64,000 nucleotides of DNA, taken from contig CAWJSJ010000001.1 in the NCBI GenBank assembly GCA_963845565.1, forward strand, positions 64,001 to 128,000, given 5' to 3'. The notes beneath the pieces were generated by a model. It did not search any database. It had not been told where the DNA came from and was given only the letters and a program-made list of their open reading frames with translations. The stretch is from an uncultured Methylomirabilota bacterium. GTDB lineage: Bacteria; Methylomirabilota; Methylomirabilia; Methylomirabilales; 2-02-FULL-66-22. Positions 20,531-31,650 of the stretch are shown here, piece by piece. The number at the start of each line of letters is the position of its first letter. Position 1 is the stretch's first letter. The position numbers were made by a program, and so were the translations under genes.

Positions 20531-20587
20531 TAAGGAGCCGTAACGAAATAGAAAGAGATGTGTAGGTTATTTCGTAACGGCTCCTAA
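20531..20587. mobile_element. Miniature (51-bp) inverted-repeat element with TAA flanks
   Basis: TAA-GGAGCCGTAACGAAATA (20534-20550), 17-bp spacer, TATTTCGTAACGGCTCC (20568-20584)-TAA; 1 mismatch in 17 bp. Confidence 0.6.
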
Positions 20588-20630
20588 CGAGATCAGCCCG
20601 CGGGGCCGGCAGAGACCCGTCGGCCCCGCG

Positions 20631-22355
20631 GTGTCGAGAGACGCCCACGTGCATCCCATACCCCCCCATCGCGCCAACAGTCTACGCCTCCTGTTCCGGG
20701 ATCCCGCGCTTGCGGCGAGCGTCCTGATCCTGTGGATCCTGCTCGGTCTGTTCGTCCTGTTCCCGCTGGGGTGGCTGTTGGCGCGGACATTCACCGAGGG
20801 TGGGACGTTCACGCTGGGGAACCTGCTCGGCATCCTCAAGGACCCCAACCATCGCCAATCGTTCTGGAACAGCCTGCTGCTGGCGGCCCTCGTCGGCTTT
20901 GCCGGCACGGCTCTGGGGTTCTTCTTCGCCTTTACCGCGGTGCGGGCCAACCTGTCGAAGGCCTGGGGTGCCGTCCTGGACGCGGCGTGCCTGCTGCCCC
21001 TGATCTCGCCCCCCTTCACGACGGCCATCGCCATGATCTTCTCCTTCGGCCCGCGGGGGCTCATCACCTATCATCTCCTGGGGATCAAGGGGTTCACGGT
21101 GTACGGGCTGGGGAGCACGCTCTTCTCGGAGACGCTCACGTTCTTTCCCATCGCCTACCTCACGCTGAAGCCGATCCTGAACGGCATAGACCCGAATGTC
21201 GAGGACATGGCCTTCAGCCTGGGGTCGTCGCGCTGGCGCGTCTTCCGCACCGTGACGCTGCCCTTGACCGTCCCGGGACTCGCCAACGCCTTTCTGCTCC
21301 TGTTCGCCGCCTCGCTGGCGGATTTCGCCACGCCGCTGATCCTGGCCGGGAACGCCTTCCCGGTGCTGCCCACCCAGGCGTACTTGCAGATCACGGGCCT
21401 CTTCGACCTGAAGGGGGGCGCGGTGCTGTCCTTCGTGCTCCTGGTGCCTGCCATGACCGTGTACCTGCTCCAGCGGTACTGGGTGAGCCGGAAGTCCTAC
21501 GTGACCATTACCGGCAAGGTGGGGGCGCAGACCATGGTGAAGGGCGTGGCGCCCTGGGCCCGGTACGCGCTGCTCACGCTCTGCCTGTTGATGGCGGCCG
21601 CCATCCTGTACTTCTACGTCCTGCTCTTCTACGCCTCGGTCGTGATGGCACTGGGCGCGAACCATGCCTGGACGCTCCAGCACTACCGCGTGATCTTCAC
21701 CGAGGGTTTGAAAGCGATCCGCGACACCCTGGTCATCGCGGGCCTGGGGATGCCGCTGGGCGGACTGTTCGGCGTCCTGGTCGGCTACCTGGTGACCAAG
21801 AAGGCCTTTCCGGGGCGACAGGCCATGGAGGTCGTCTCCATGATCAATTACTCGCTGCCCGGGACGATCGTGGGGATCGCCTATCTGATGGCCTTCAACG
21901 ATCCGCCGATCGTTCTCACCGGGACGGCGCTCATCATCGTTGCCTGCTACGTGTTCCGGTACAGCCCCACCGGGATCCGGGCCACGGTGGCGACGCTCCA
22001 GCAGATCGATCCCAGCATCGAGGAAGCATCGCAGAGCCTGGGGGCGACGAGTGGGACGACCTTCCGCCGGATCACGCTGCCGCTGATCCTGCCCGCCTTC
22101 TTCGCGGGACTGGGGGTGGTGTTCATCCGCTCCATGACCGCCATCAGCGCGACGATCTTCCTGGTCTCCATCAACTGGACCTTGATCACCGTGCGCATCC
22201 TGGAGAACATCACCGAGCTATCGCTGGGGCCGGCCGCAGCCTTTTCGGTCCTGGTGGTGGTTCTCGTGTTTGCCGTCATCGCCCTGATCGGCCTGGCGCT
22301 GCGGCGGTTCCGCGCGGCGGGCGGGGTCGAGGTGACGAGTATCCTGGGAGGGTGA
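20631..22355 (+). CDS. ABC permease, AfuB type
   Basis: ISPPF, LADFATPL, IDPSIEEASQSLGA. Confidence 0.92.
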   Translation: MSRDAHVHPIPPHRANSLRLLFRDPALAASVLILWILLGLFVLFPLGWLLARTFTEGGTFTLGNLLGILKDPNHRQSFWNSLLLAALVGFAGTALGFFFAFTAVRANLSKAWGAVLDAACLLPLISPPFTTAIAMIFSFGPRGLITYHLLGIKGFTVYGLGSTLFSETLTFFPIAYLTLKPILNGIDPNVEDMAFSLGSSRWRVFRTVTLPLTVPGLANAFLLLFAASLADFATPLILAGNAFPVLPTQAYLQITGLFDLKGGAVLSFVLLVPAMTVYLLQRYWVSRKSYVTITGKVGAQTMVKGVAPWARYALLTLCLLMAAAILYFYVLLFYASVVMALGANHAWTLQHYRVIFTEGLKAIRDTLVIAGLGMPLGGLFGVLVGYLVTKKAFPGRQAMEVVSMINYSLPGTIVGIAYLMAFNDPPIVLTGTALIIVACYVFRYSPTGIRATVATLQQIDPSIEEASQSLGATSGTTFRRITLPLILPAFFAGLGVVFIRSMTAISATIFLVSINWTLITVRILENITELSLGPAAAFSVLVVVLVFAVIALIGLALRRFRAAGGVEVTSILGG

Positions 22356-22356
22356 G

Positions 22357-23441
<1,085 letters not shown>

Positions 23442-23445
<4 letters not shown>

Positions 23446-23951
23446 GCCGGCTGCGGCAGGGGTTGATTCTCGTGGGAACCGTGGGGGCGCTGTTGCTCGT
23501 TCTGCCGACCCCCGCGCGCGCCGAGGGGCAGGAGATCCATGGGGAGAACTCCAGCTTCATGGGTCAGGGGGTGGCGATGGTCTGGGGTGTCCTGCGCGGC
23601 GCGCGCGAAGACGACACGCAAGCGGTACTCCGGATCGCGCCAGCGGGTGGCGCACACGCCGCGGTGAGCATCGACGGAGTGGATCCGTTCACCCAGGCGC
23701 GCCGCGTGCTCTTCGCACGAAGACCCCTGGGCGCCTCGCTGGACGTGCACACGCCGCGAGCGTCGTTCGCCGACCTGCCCCGGCGGGAGATCCACTTCTT
23801 CAGCAGCGCCGAGGCCGCGGACCCGACGCTCACCGTGTATTTCATGGGGCTGCCCGACACGACCCCGGAATTCACCTCCGAAGCGGCGCTCCACGCCTAT
23901 CTCGGCGAGACGCTGGCGAAACTGATGACCCCGAAAGGACGCACGCAATGA
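23442..23951 (+). CDS. Hypothetical exported protein
   Basis: Signal peptide; ATGA overlaps with both neighbours. Confidence 0.75.
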
Positions 23952-24610
23952 CACGGCAAGAACTGGCAGGACTTCTGGACCACTCCGTCCTGAGACCTGA
24001 CGCCACGGAACGGGAGGTCCTGGCCGGGGCCGATCTCGTGCGCCAGTGGGGGATCGGGTTCTACTGTGTGCAGCCGACGCTGGTGTCGGCTGCGACCGCG
24101 GCCCTGCAGGAATCGCAGGCGCGCGTGGTGTCGGTGGTGGGGTTCCCGCACGGTTGCGCCCGATCCGTGGTCAAGGCCCAGGAAGCGACGCTGGCCGTCC
24201 AGGACGGCGCCGCCGAGGTGGACATGGTGCTGAACGTCGGGAAGCTCAAGTCCGGGCGCAGCCAGGCGGTGGCGAGCGAGATCGCCCAGGTCGTCCGCGC
24301 CGTTCCGGGGATCCCGGTGAAGGTCATCCTGGAGACCTGTCTGCTGACCGACGACGAGAAGACCGTCGCCTGCCGCCTCGTCCAGGATGCGGGCGCCGCG
24401 TTCGTGAAGACCTCCACCGGTTTCCATCCCGGCGGCGGCGCCACGGCGGCGGATGTTCGGTTGATGCGTGCGACGGTCGGGCAGGAGTTCGGCGTCAAGG
24501 CCGCCGGGGGGATCCGGACGCTCCAGGATGTGCTGGTCATGCTGGAGGCCGGCGCCAACCGAATCGGGACGTCGGCGAGCGCGGCCATCCTGGGCGCGCT
24601 GCCTGACTAA
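23948..24610 (+). CDS. deoC: Deoxyribose-phosphate aldolase
   Basis: DHSVL, VGFPHG, EVDMV, KVILET, FVKTSTGF, VKAAGGIR, RIGTS. Confidence 0.95.
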   Translation: MTRQELAGLLDHSVLRPDATEREVLAGADLVRQWGIGFYCVQPTLVSAATAALQESQARVVSVVGFPHGCARSVVKAQEATLAVQDGAAEVDMVLNVGKLKSGRSQAVASEIAQVVRAVPGIPVKVILETCLLTDDEKTVACRLVQDAGAAFVKTSTGFHPGGGATAADVRLMRATVGQEFGVKAAGGIRTLQDVLVMLEAGANRIGTSASAAILGALPD

Positions 24611-24687
24611 GCCGTTGTCAAAGAATAACTCGCTGATTTCCTTGGAGCCGAGTTTCGATTGTTCGTCCACGACGTGGAGCCGCGCTG

Positions 24688-25890
24688 ATGACACATCGCC
24701 TCGCTCTAACGCAAGCGCTCGATGCACACAAGGGTGAGATCCTGGCCTTCACTCAGGATCTCATCGGGATTGCCAGCGAGAATCCCCCGGGGAATTACTA
24801 CCGGGAGTGTGCGCAGCGCATTCGCGCGGAGCTGGATCACCTGGGACTTGCATATCAGGTCGTGGAAGCTCCAGGTTTTTCCGCGCTTCCTCGATACAAC
24901 CTCCTCAGCTTCCACGGGGACGGTCAGCGCACGCTCTACTTTCATGGGCACTACGACGTGGTGCCGGCGCAGAGCCGCGAGCAATTCACTCCGCGAGTCG
25001 AGAAGGGACGACTGATCGGACGTGGATCGGCCGACATGAAGGCCGGGGTGGCGAGCATGATCTACGCCACCGCGCTGCTCAAGGAGTGCCGGATTCCCCT
25101 GGAGGGTCGCATCGGCCTCTGCATCGTGGCCGACGAGGAGACCGGCGGGCAGGGCGGCTCGCGCTATCTGGACGAGGTCGGCCTGTTGGGAGTGAACGGC
25201 GTGGCCATGCTCACGCCGGAGCCCACCAGCGGCGTGATCTGGAATGCCAACCGTGGCGCCGTCACGCTGCGGATCACGGTCAAGGGGAAGGCCGCCCACG
25301 TGGGATTGCAGCATCAGGGGATCAATGCGTTCGAACAGATGCTGGAGGTGGCTCGGGCGCTGCAGGTTCTCAAGGCCGAGGTGGAGCAACGCAGGACACA
25401 TTATCGGATCGTCCCGGAGGCCGCCGCGCACTCGATCCTGATGCTGGGGGGCCGAGTCGAGGGTGGGGCAAACTTCAACGTCGTGCCCGAGGCCTGCAGC
25501 TTCACCGTGGAGCGACGATTCAACCCTGAAGAAGATCTGGCAACCGAAAAAGCCGCGCTCTTCGCTCTGCTGGACGAACTCCGGGCGCGAGGGATCGCGC
25601 TCGACACCGAGATCCTTCAGGAAGGCTTCTCAAGTGGGGTACCGGAAGATCATCCGGTGGCCAAGATCCTGGCGGATACCATCGAGGGGGTGGTCGGGGA
25701 CCGGCCGGCCTTCACCATGTGTCCCGGCATCCTGGAGACCCGCTGGTATGCGCGCAAGGGGATCCCAGCGTTTGCTTACGGTCCGGGTCTTCTGGAGGTG
25801 TCCCACGGGCCGCGCGAGACTATCGAGATCGAACGCATCTACCAGCACACGCTGCTCTACGCGCTGGTGGCGGCCCGCCTCCTCTCCTAA
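24688..25890 (+). CDS. M20 metallopeptidase, ArgE/DapE family
   Basis: HGHYDVVP, GRGSADMK, DEETGG, YGPG..SH. Confidence 0.92.
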   Translation: MTHRLALTQALDAHKGEILAFTQDLIGIASENPPGNYYRECAQRIRAELDHLGLAYQVVEAPGFSALPRYNLLSFHGDGQRTLYFHGHYDVVPAQSREQFTPRVEKGRLIGRGSADMKAGVASMIYATALLKECRIPLEGRIGLCIVADEETGGQGGSRYLDEVGLLGVNGVAMLTPEPTSGVIWNANRGAVTLRITVKGKAAHVGLQHQGINAFEQMLEVARALQVLKAEVEQRRTHYRIVPEAAAHSILMLGGRVEGGANFNVVPEACSFTVERRFNPEEDLATEKAALFALLDELRARGIALDTEILQEGFSSGVPEDHPVAKILADTIEGVVGDRPAFTMCPGILETRWYARKGIPAFAYGPGLLEVSHGPRETIEIERIYQHTLLYALVAARLLS

Positions 25891-26100
25891 CCGGCAAACC
25901 CACGCTTCTCTTCCGCCATGTGCCCGCGCTGTCCGGACGTTCCGTTTCAGTCCTGTGGGGTCGGGATAAACGGTTGGAACTCCGAACAACGAACGGAGTC
26001 GGGATGACTTTGAGTCGCGGCCCGTGGTATGAGATCCCCCTGTGATCTGTGGTCTTGATGGGGGTCCGAGCGTGAATCCGAGAAACTAGAGGAGGGTCCG

Positions 26101-27496
26101 ATGACGCGTCGAGATCGATCTTCACTCTTGCCGTTGCTGCTGCTGGTCAGTCTGCTGCTTGCGCCGATCTGGTCGGGCTGCGCCACCATGGGCGCGACGG
26201 ACGCCTCGTCCGGCAAGGCCAAGAATGTGATCCTGCTGATCGGCGACGGCATGGGGCCGAGCCACTTCGGGGCGGCCTGGCTCTACAGCAATCGCGTGCT
26301 CAAGAAAGACCTGCAGATGGTCCAGGTGATGAATGCCGGACGCACGGCGTATCTGGTCAACGATACGGCGGATGCCATCGTGACCGAGTCGGCGGCTGCC
26401 GCGGGGCAGATCGCCACGGGACGGAAGATGACGGCCCGCGCCATCAGCATGGCGGCGGACGGCAAGACCCCGGTGACGACGGTCATGGAGATGGTGAAGG
26501 TCAAGGGGCTGGGCACTGGCTTGGTCACCACCTCGGGGATCACCGACGCCACGCCGGCGGCCTTTGCGGCGCATGTTCCGCATCGCAGCGACGAGGCCTC
26601 GGTGGCGGAGCAGGAGCTGAAGCTCGGCGTGGACGTGCTGATGGGCGGACGGAAACAATTCTTCCTGCCCGAGGTCTCGGCGGGCAAGCGGAAGGACGGG
26701 CGAAACCTGCTGGATGAAGCCCGTGCAGCCGGATACGCCGTCGTCGGGGACGCCGAGGAGCTGAAAGCGGCGCAGGGCGGCAAGATCCTGGGTCTCTTCA
26801 ACATGGGGAACATGGTCTACGAGATCGATCGCAAGGCGACCATGGAGCCAAGCCTGGCCGAGATGACCGCAAAGACGCTCGATGTGCTGTCCCGAAACCC
26901 CAAGGGGTTTTTCGCGATGATCGAAGGGGGTCGCATTGACCACGCCGCGCATCGGAACGACGCGGCGGGTACGATTCTTGACACGCTGGCATTCGACGAG
27001 GCGGTGGGCGTTGCCCGGGAGTTCGCCCGAAAGAACCCGGATACGCTGGTGATCGTCACGGCCGACCACGAGACGGCGGGGATGGCGCTCATCGGTCACA
27101 GCAAGGATAGCAAGGAGTACGTCGGAATCGACCTGGCGGCGATCCAGAAGGCGAAGGCGTCCTTCGAGGTGATCGCCGAGGACCTGGGAAAGAATCCGAC
27201 TCCCCAGAAGATTCAAGCAGGTGGTCAAGGAGTATCTGGGCATCGAGATCACCGAGGACGAGGCCAAGATGGTGGCGAACGACACCATCCGGAAGCTCGA
27301 TCCCGCCAATTACAGCTATCCGTACCTCCACAGCCTGGCGTTCGTTCTGCGGCCGTACCTGCGCGTCGGCTGGGGCAGCCAGACCCACACGGCCTCGCCG
27401 CTGTGGGCGTTTGGGATGGGGCCTGGGTCTGCACGGCTCACCGGACTCGTGCACAACACGCAGCTCTTCGACATCATGAAGACGGCGATGGAGTAG
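26101..27496 (+). CDS. Alkaline phosphatase (PhoA-type lipoprotein) with a +1 frameshift near 27212
   Basis: IGDGMG, VTESAAA (Ser nucleophile), DATPAAF, EGGRIDHAAH, VTADHET; the C-terminal part (..QTHTASP..) continues in frame 27221-27496. Confidence 0.85.
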
Positions 27497-27500
27497 TCGA

Positions 27501-27594
27501 GTCGAATTGTCAATTGGCCAAGTAGTCGATTGGGGAGGTGCGTCACCGGGAGGGAACTTCGCGAGTTGACCAGTCGACCTGTCGACGCGTTGAC
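27501..27594. repeat. Octamer-array inverted element, copy 2
   Basis: gtcgaatt/gtcaattg/gccaagta/gtcgattg 27501-27532; gagttgac/cagtcgac/ctgtcgac/gcgttgac 27563-27594. Confidence 0.8.
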
Positions 27595-27605
27595 TGTTTA
27601 TAGCC

Positions 27606-28529
27606 ATGAAACTCATCCAGTTCTTCTTTCCGGGCAAGGGGAAGCGGGTCGGTCTGGTCCAGGGCGATCGGGTGCTGGACGTCACCTCGGCCGAGGAGGG
27701 TGTCCGGTCCACGTTGGATCTCGTTACGCAGGGCAAAACGGCCCAGGGGCTGGTCACCCGGGTCACGTGGTTGGCTCGGACGCTTCACCGGAAGGGATTG
27801 GACTGGCGGGAGCTCCTGCGCCCGCCGTCGCGCCGCGCACCCCATCTGCTGATCCCGATCGAACCGCCGGAGGTCTGGGGGGTAACGGAGGCCTATGGGC
27901 CGGCGGCCGGGACACCTCCCGCGCCGACCTCCGGCGCTTCGGGCGCCATGCCGGCGCTCACACCCGGCTCTGCCGACCGACCGGCCCTCTTTTTCAAGGC
28001 TACCGCGGCCCGGACGGTGGGGCCGGGTGTGCCGATCGCCATCCGGAGCGACTCCATGCTTACCGTCCCCGGAGCCGGCCTTGCGGCCATCCTGGGGACC
28101 GACGGCGCGGTGGCGGCCTTCACCGGCGGCAACGATGTCACCGCCCGGGACCTTGAGCGCTGCGGTCTGGAATTCCAGAGCCAGGCGAGGATCTATGCGG
28201 GGAACTGCGCATTGGGCCCCTGCCTGGTTACGCCGGACGAGATCGGGGACCCACGCGGCCTTCAGATCCGCTGCAGCATCATTCGGGACGGGCAGATACT
28301 CTTCAGCGAAGCCACCAACACCGCGCGGTTGCGGCAACCGGTGACCGAGACGATGGCCTGGCTCTGTCGGGACAATCCGGTTCCGGCGGGCACCGTGCTG
28401 CTCACCGGGACCGGGATTCCCGTTCCGGACTCGGCGGCGCTCGCCGACGGTGATCTGGTCGAGATCGAGATCGAGGGTGTCGGCCGGCTCAGCAATCCGG
28501 TGGGGCGTGGGGCAACCGCCAAGCGGTAG
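27606..28529 (+). CDS. Fumarylacetoacetate hydrolase family protein (KdaD-like, degenerate active site)
   Basis: PEVWG, RPALFFKA, GNDVTARD, CALGP, LLTGTG, GRLSNPV. Confidence 0.85.
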   Translation: MKLIQFFFPGKGKRVGLVQGDRVLDVTSAEEGVRSTLDLVTQGKTAQGLVTRVTWLARTLHRKGLDWRELLRPPSRRAPHLLIPIEPPEVWGVTEAYGPAAGTPPAPTSGASGAMPALTPGSADRPALFFKATAARTVGPGVPIAIRSDSMLTVPGAGLAAILGTDGAVAAFTGGNDVTARDLERCGLEFQSQARIYAGNCALGPCLVTPDEIGDPRGLQIRCSIIRDGQILFSEATNTARLRQPVTETMAWLCRDNPVPAGTVLLTGTGIPVPDSAALADGDLVEIEIEGVGRLSNPVGRGATAKR

Positions 28530-28532
28530 GGT

Positions 28533-28976
28533 TCAGCGCGCAGGAAACGCGCGGTCGATGCTTGCCCATCTCGCCGTGAGGGCGCTGAAGCCCAGGGCGA
28601 GACGCTTCGTCAAGAGCGTGGCGACGTTCCCCTCCACCCGCAGCGCCTCCACCACCTCCTCGCCCAATATCCGGACGTGGTCCGCGGCGCTCAGAGGGCC
28701 GCTGAAGCCGATCACCCGGAGCGAGGTCACCACGGCCGCGACGTTGCCGTCCACGCCTTGGCTCAGCACGCGCTCCCCGGGATCGAGGCGGACCGCGGTC
28801 CAGACACCCGTCTCGGCGCTGAAGAAGAGAATTTCCCGCAGGGAGAGATAGATCGCGACATTGGTGCGAATCTCGGCCGCCCACGCAGCGGTCGCGCCGG
28901 AGGCCGTGAGGGACAGGGCCAGCATTCCCGCGAAGACGAGTACGCGGGGAGCGGTGGCGACGAAGGAGAGGATCAT
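28533..28976 (-). CDS. Hypothetical exported protein with three ~39-aa internal repeats
   Basis: Signal peptide; repeats starting NVA...FS; ATGA overlap with the upstream PilZ gene. Confidence 0.75.
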   Translation of the reverse strand: MILSFVATAPRVLVFAGMLALSLTASGATAAWAAEIRTNVAIYLSLREILFFSAETGVWTAVRLDPGERVLSQGVDGNVAAVVTSLRVIGFSGPLSAADHVRILGEEVVEALRVEGNVATLLTKRLALGFSALTARWASIDRAFPAR

Positions 28977-29443
28977 GCGTTCCCCCGCCCACCCAACCGC
29001 CCGGCCGCTTTCTTCCGGGGAGGGGAGGCGGCCTCCCGCTGGGCGCGGCGCTTCAGCCACTGACCGAGCAGGACGCCCACCGGCAGATCGAGAAGTTCGG
29101 ACCGGTCCGCCAGGCACAGCCCGTGCCGGACCACGTCCGGACGGCCGGCGACGCGGCGGGTCCACACCACGTCCGCTTCCAGGCGCATCGGGCCGATCCC
29201 CGTGCGAAGCCGGATCGCAACGCGCGTACCGGGCGGCAGGCGCGTGGGCATCTCCACGGAGAATCCGCCACCGCTGATGTCCACAGTCCTTCCTTGCCAG
29301 GAACGCATCGTCCGGGTCGAGAGCCGGGTGCATTGCACGGGGAGATTCACGATGAAGCGGGCGTGTTTCCGGGGGAGGTGCACCGGGGCGGGACGCGATT
29401 CGGTCTGCGCTCGACGCCGGGTGCCGCCCGGGCGAGGGGACAT
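28973..29443 (-). CDS. Single PilZ domain protein
   Basis: RKHAR (RxxxR) and DISGGG (DxSxxG); start ATG 29443 after GGAGG. Confidence 0.82.
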   Translation of the reverse strand: MSPRPGGTRRRAQTESRPAPVHLPRKHARFIVNLPVQCTRLSTRTMRSWQGRTVDISGGGFSVEMPTRLPPGTRVAIRLRTGIGPMRLEADVVWTRRVAGRPDVVRHGLCLADRSELLDLPVGVLLGQWLKRRAQREAASPPRKKAAGRLGGRGNA

Positions 29444-29691
29444 GGGCGATCCTCCTGCAGGTTGCCGTGATGTTCTGGGCCGGCGATGGCCGCGACCGGG
29501 CGTGCGCCCGTGCCGGCCGCCCGATGATCTGTAGCGTGTCTTGGGAGCAAAGTCAAGGGATCGATCCCGGCGTGCCCGCGGGGCGGGAAACACCTTGACG
29601 ACTGCGACTCGCGCATCTAAAGTCACAGAACACCGCGCGGAGCAGGGCGGAGGGTATTTTCCGTCGAACGTACGGACAAGGAGGGTACTCG

Positions 29692-30111
29692 ATGAGAACG
29701 GTGTGGACCGTTGCCGGGTTGGCGTTGATCGTCCTGGCGGCGGAGGCGCACGCGGACACGCTCTACCTGAAAGACGGGCAGACTGTCTGGGGCGCCGAGG
29801 TCGTGGAGGAGGGCGAGACCGCGATCGTCCTGCGGCCCGGCGAGGCGTTGCGTTTTCCGATGCGCGACGTGAGCCGCATCGAGCGCTCGCGGCTTTCGAT
29901 CCCGCGGTATTTCGAGCCGCCGCCGGGTGGGGTGACTCCCATCGGCGACCGCGTCATCCAGTCGCCGGCACCGCCCGCAGCCGCAGCCGGTGCGTCCCCG
30001 CCGGCGCAGGGGCCCGCCACGGCCGGGGGGCCCGCCGGGCCACCCGCTCCGCTCACGCCGACGCGACTTCCCGCACCTCCGCCGCCTCCCGGCGCCGGGC
30101 AACCTCGGTAG
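29692..30111 (+). CDS. Hypothetical exported protein with Pro/Ala-rich tail
   Basis: AAGGAGG RBS; signal peptide ending AHA-DTLYLKDG. Confidence 0.75.
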   Translation: MRTVWTVAGLALIVLAAEAHADTLYLKDGQTVWGAEVVEEGETAIVLRPGEALRFPMRDVSRIERSRLSIPRYFEPPPGGVTPIGDRVIQSPAPPAAAAGASPPAQGPATAGGPAGPPAPLTPTRLPAPPPPPGAGQPR

Positions 30112-30156
30112 CTCTCGGGGGTTCGTCTCGGCCGATGGGGCGGTAGCCGGAATGAG

Positions 30157-30190
30157 TCACCCGGCTGTGGATAGCGCCACAGCCGGGTGA
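30157..30190. terminator. Perfect 14-bp hairpin between convergent genes
   Basis: TCACCCGGCTGTGG-ATAGCG-CCACAGCCGGGTGA; no U tract. Confidence 0.5.
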
Positions 30191-30295
30191 TGAATAGGGC
30201 CTCAACGGCCTGCCGGATCCTGATCCCTCTTGAGTCCAGGGCCTCATCTTCCCCCCTGGGGACCACGCTCGGGGTGCGCGTGCGTCTCGGGGGGG

Positions 30296-31384
30296 TCAGA
30301 CGTTAAAGCGGACGATCACGATGTCCCCATCGGCCATGAGGTATTCTTTGCCCTCGACGCGGTGCAGGCCCTTCTTGCGCACGGCGACCATGGAGCCACA
30401 AGTCTCCAGGTCGGCAAAGTTCACAATCTCGGCCCGGATGAATCCCCGCTCCAGATCGCTGTGGATGGTCCCGGCGGCCTTGACGGCCGTGGCCCCCTTG
30501 GGGATGGTCCAGGCGCGCGTCTCCTCGCCGCCTTCCCCGGTATAGAAGGTGATCAGCCCGAGCAGGTCGAAGCAGGCGCGCAGGACCTCGGCGAAGCCGC
30601 CGGCCTCCAGGCCAAGATCGCGCCGGAAGACCTCGGCGTCCTCTGGCGGGAGTTGGCTCACCTCCCATTCCACCTTCAAGCACAGCTGCGATACGGCCAC
30701 GTCCTTGCCCGGCAATGTCCGCAGGTGTTCCACCGCCGCGTTCGGCTGACCGAGTTTCGCCTCGCCGATGTTCAGGAGGAGGATGAGCGGCTTGCCGGTC
30801 AACAGAGCGAACCCACGCAGGAGTTTCTCCTCGTCGGCCGTGAAGGTCAGGTCGCGGATCGGTTTCTCCTCGGTGAGCCAGGCGTGGCCTCGCCGGAGGA
30901 GATCCAACTCGCGGATCGCCTCGTCCTTCTTGCCCTTCTTCAGGTCCAGTTCCAGGCGCCCAATCCGCTTTTCCACGGTATCGATGTCCGCCAACAAGAA
31001 CTCGGTATTGACCAGCGTGGCATCCCGGATTGGATCCACGGTGGTCTCGACGTGCGCCACGCCCGGGTCGTCGAAGTCCCGCAGGACATGCACGATGGCG
31101 TCTACCTGGCGCATCTGGCTCAGGTAGTGGCTGCCCAGACCCTCGCCTTTGCCCGCCCCGCGGGTCAGTGCGACGAAGTCGATGAATTCGATGGTGGCGG
31201 GGGTGAGTTTCTTGGGCTTGAAGAGCGCAGCGAGATAGTCAAGACGCGGGTCGGGGACCTTCACCACGGCCACGTTGGGTTCCTTGGCGCTCTGGTGCGC
31301 GACGTGCGACCCGCCGGCCTGACAGAGCAGATTGAAGAGTGTGGTCTTTCCTGCAGCGGGCAGACCGATGATTCCGATGCGCAT
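30296..31384 (-). CDS. ychF: Redox-regulated ATPase YchF (Obg family)
   Basis: MRIGIIGLPAAGKTTLFN, GEGLG, AGTIHSDLERGFIRAE, EGKEY..DGD...RFNV. Confidence 0.95.
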   Translation of the reverse strand: MRIGIIGLPAAGKTTLFNLLCQAGGSHVAHQSAKEPNVAVVKVPDPRLDYLAALFKPKKLTPATIEFIDFVALTRGAGKGEGLGSHYLSQMRQVDAIVHVLRDFDDPGVAHVETTVDPIRDATLVNTEFLLADIDTVEKRIGRLELDLKKGKKDEAIRELDLLRRGHAWLTEEKPIRDLTFTADEEKLLRGFALLTGKPLILLLNIGEAKLGQPNAAVEHLRTLPGKDVAVSQLCLKVEWEVSQLPPEDAEVFRRDLGLEAGGFAEVLRACFDLLGLITFYTGEGGEETRAWTIPKGATAVKAAGTIHSDLERGFIRAEIVNFADLETCGSMVAVRKKGLHRVEGKEYLMADGDIVIVRFNV

Positions 31385-31650
31385 GACCGAGAACCTCTCG
31401 ATTGTGGTTGTGGCAGAAACACAGGTTGGCGATTGCGGCGCAATCCCCGACGAGGCAGCCAATGACGTCGCGGCGGACACAGCGCGGACGAACCGCGTGA
31501 CAGACGCGGTAGAGTAACATGCTGACGCAGGGCCGCGCAACATTTGGATACCGACACCTTTGGGTTGCTTTCCGGAGTCCGCATGTTATCCTGACCCGGT
31601 TGCTGCAGCCCGGCCCGGGCGCGCCGCTCGGGCCGGGCCGTTGAGGAATC

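Noticed and set aside
25891..26100. Possible c-di-GMP or other riboswitch before alkaline phosphatase (GGCAAACC)
   Set aside because: The remaining consensus elements (GNRA loop and receptor, GCAAAGC) were not found; only short hairpins.
30191..30295. 6S-RNA-like segment downstream of ychF
   Set aside because: No long closing helix or central bubble could be built, and the usual zapA/rny/ygfA context is absent.
31385..31650. Possible leader RNA between ychF and the RNase H-like gene
   Set aside because: Only one GC hairpin (about 31608-31640); no recognisable motif.
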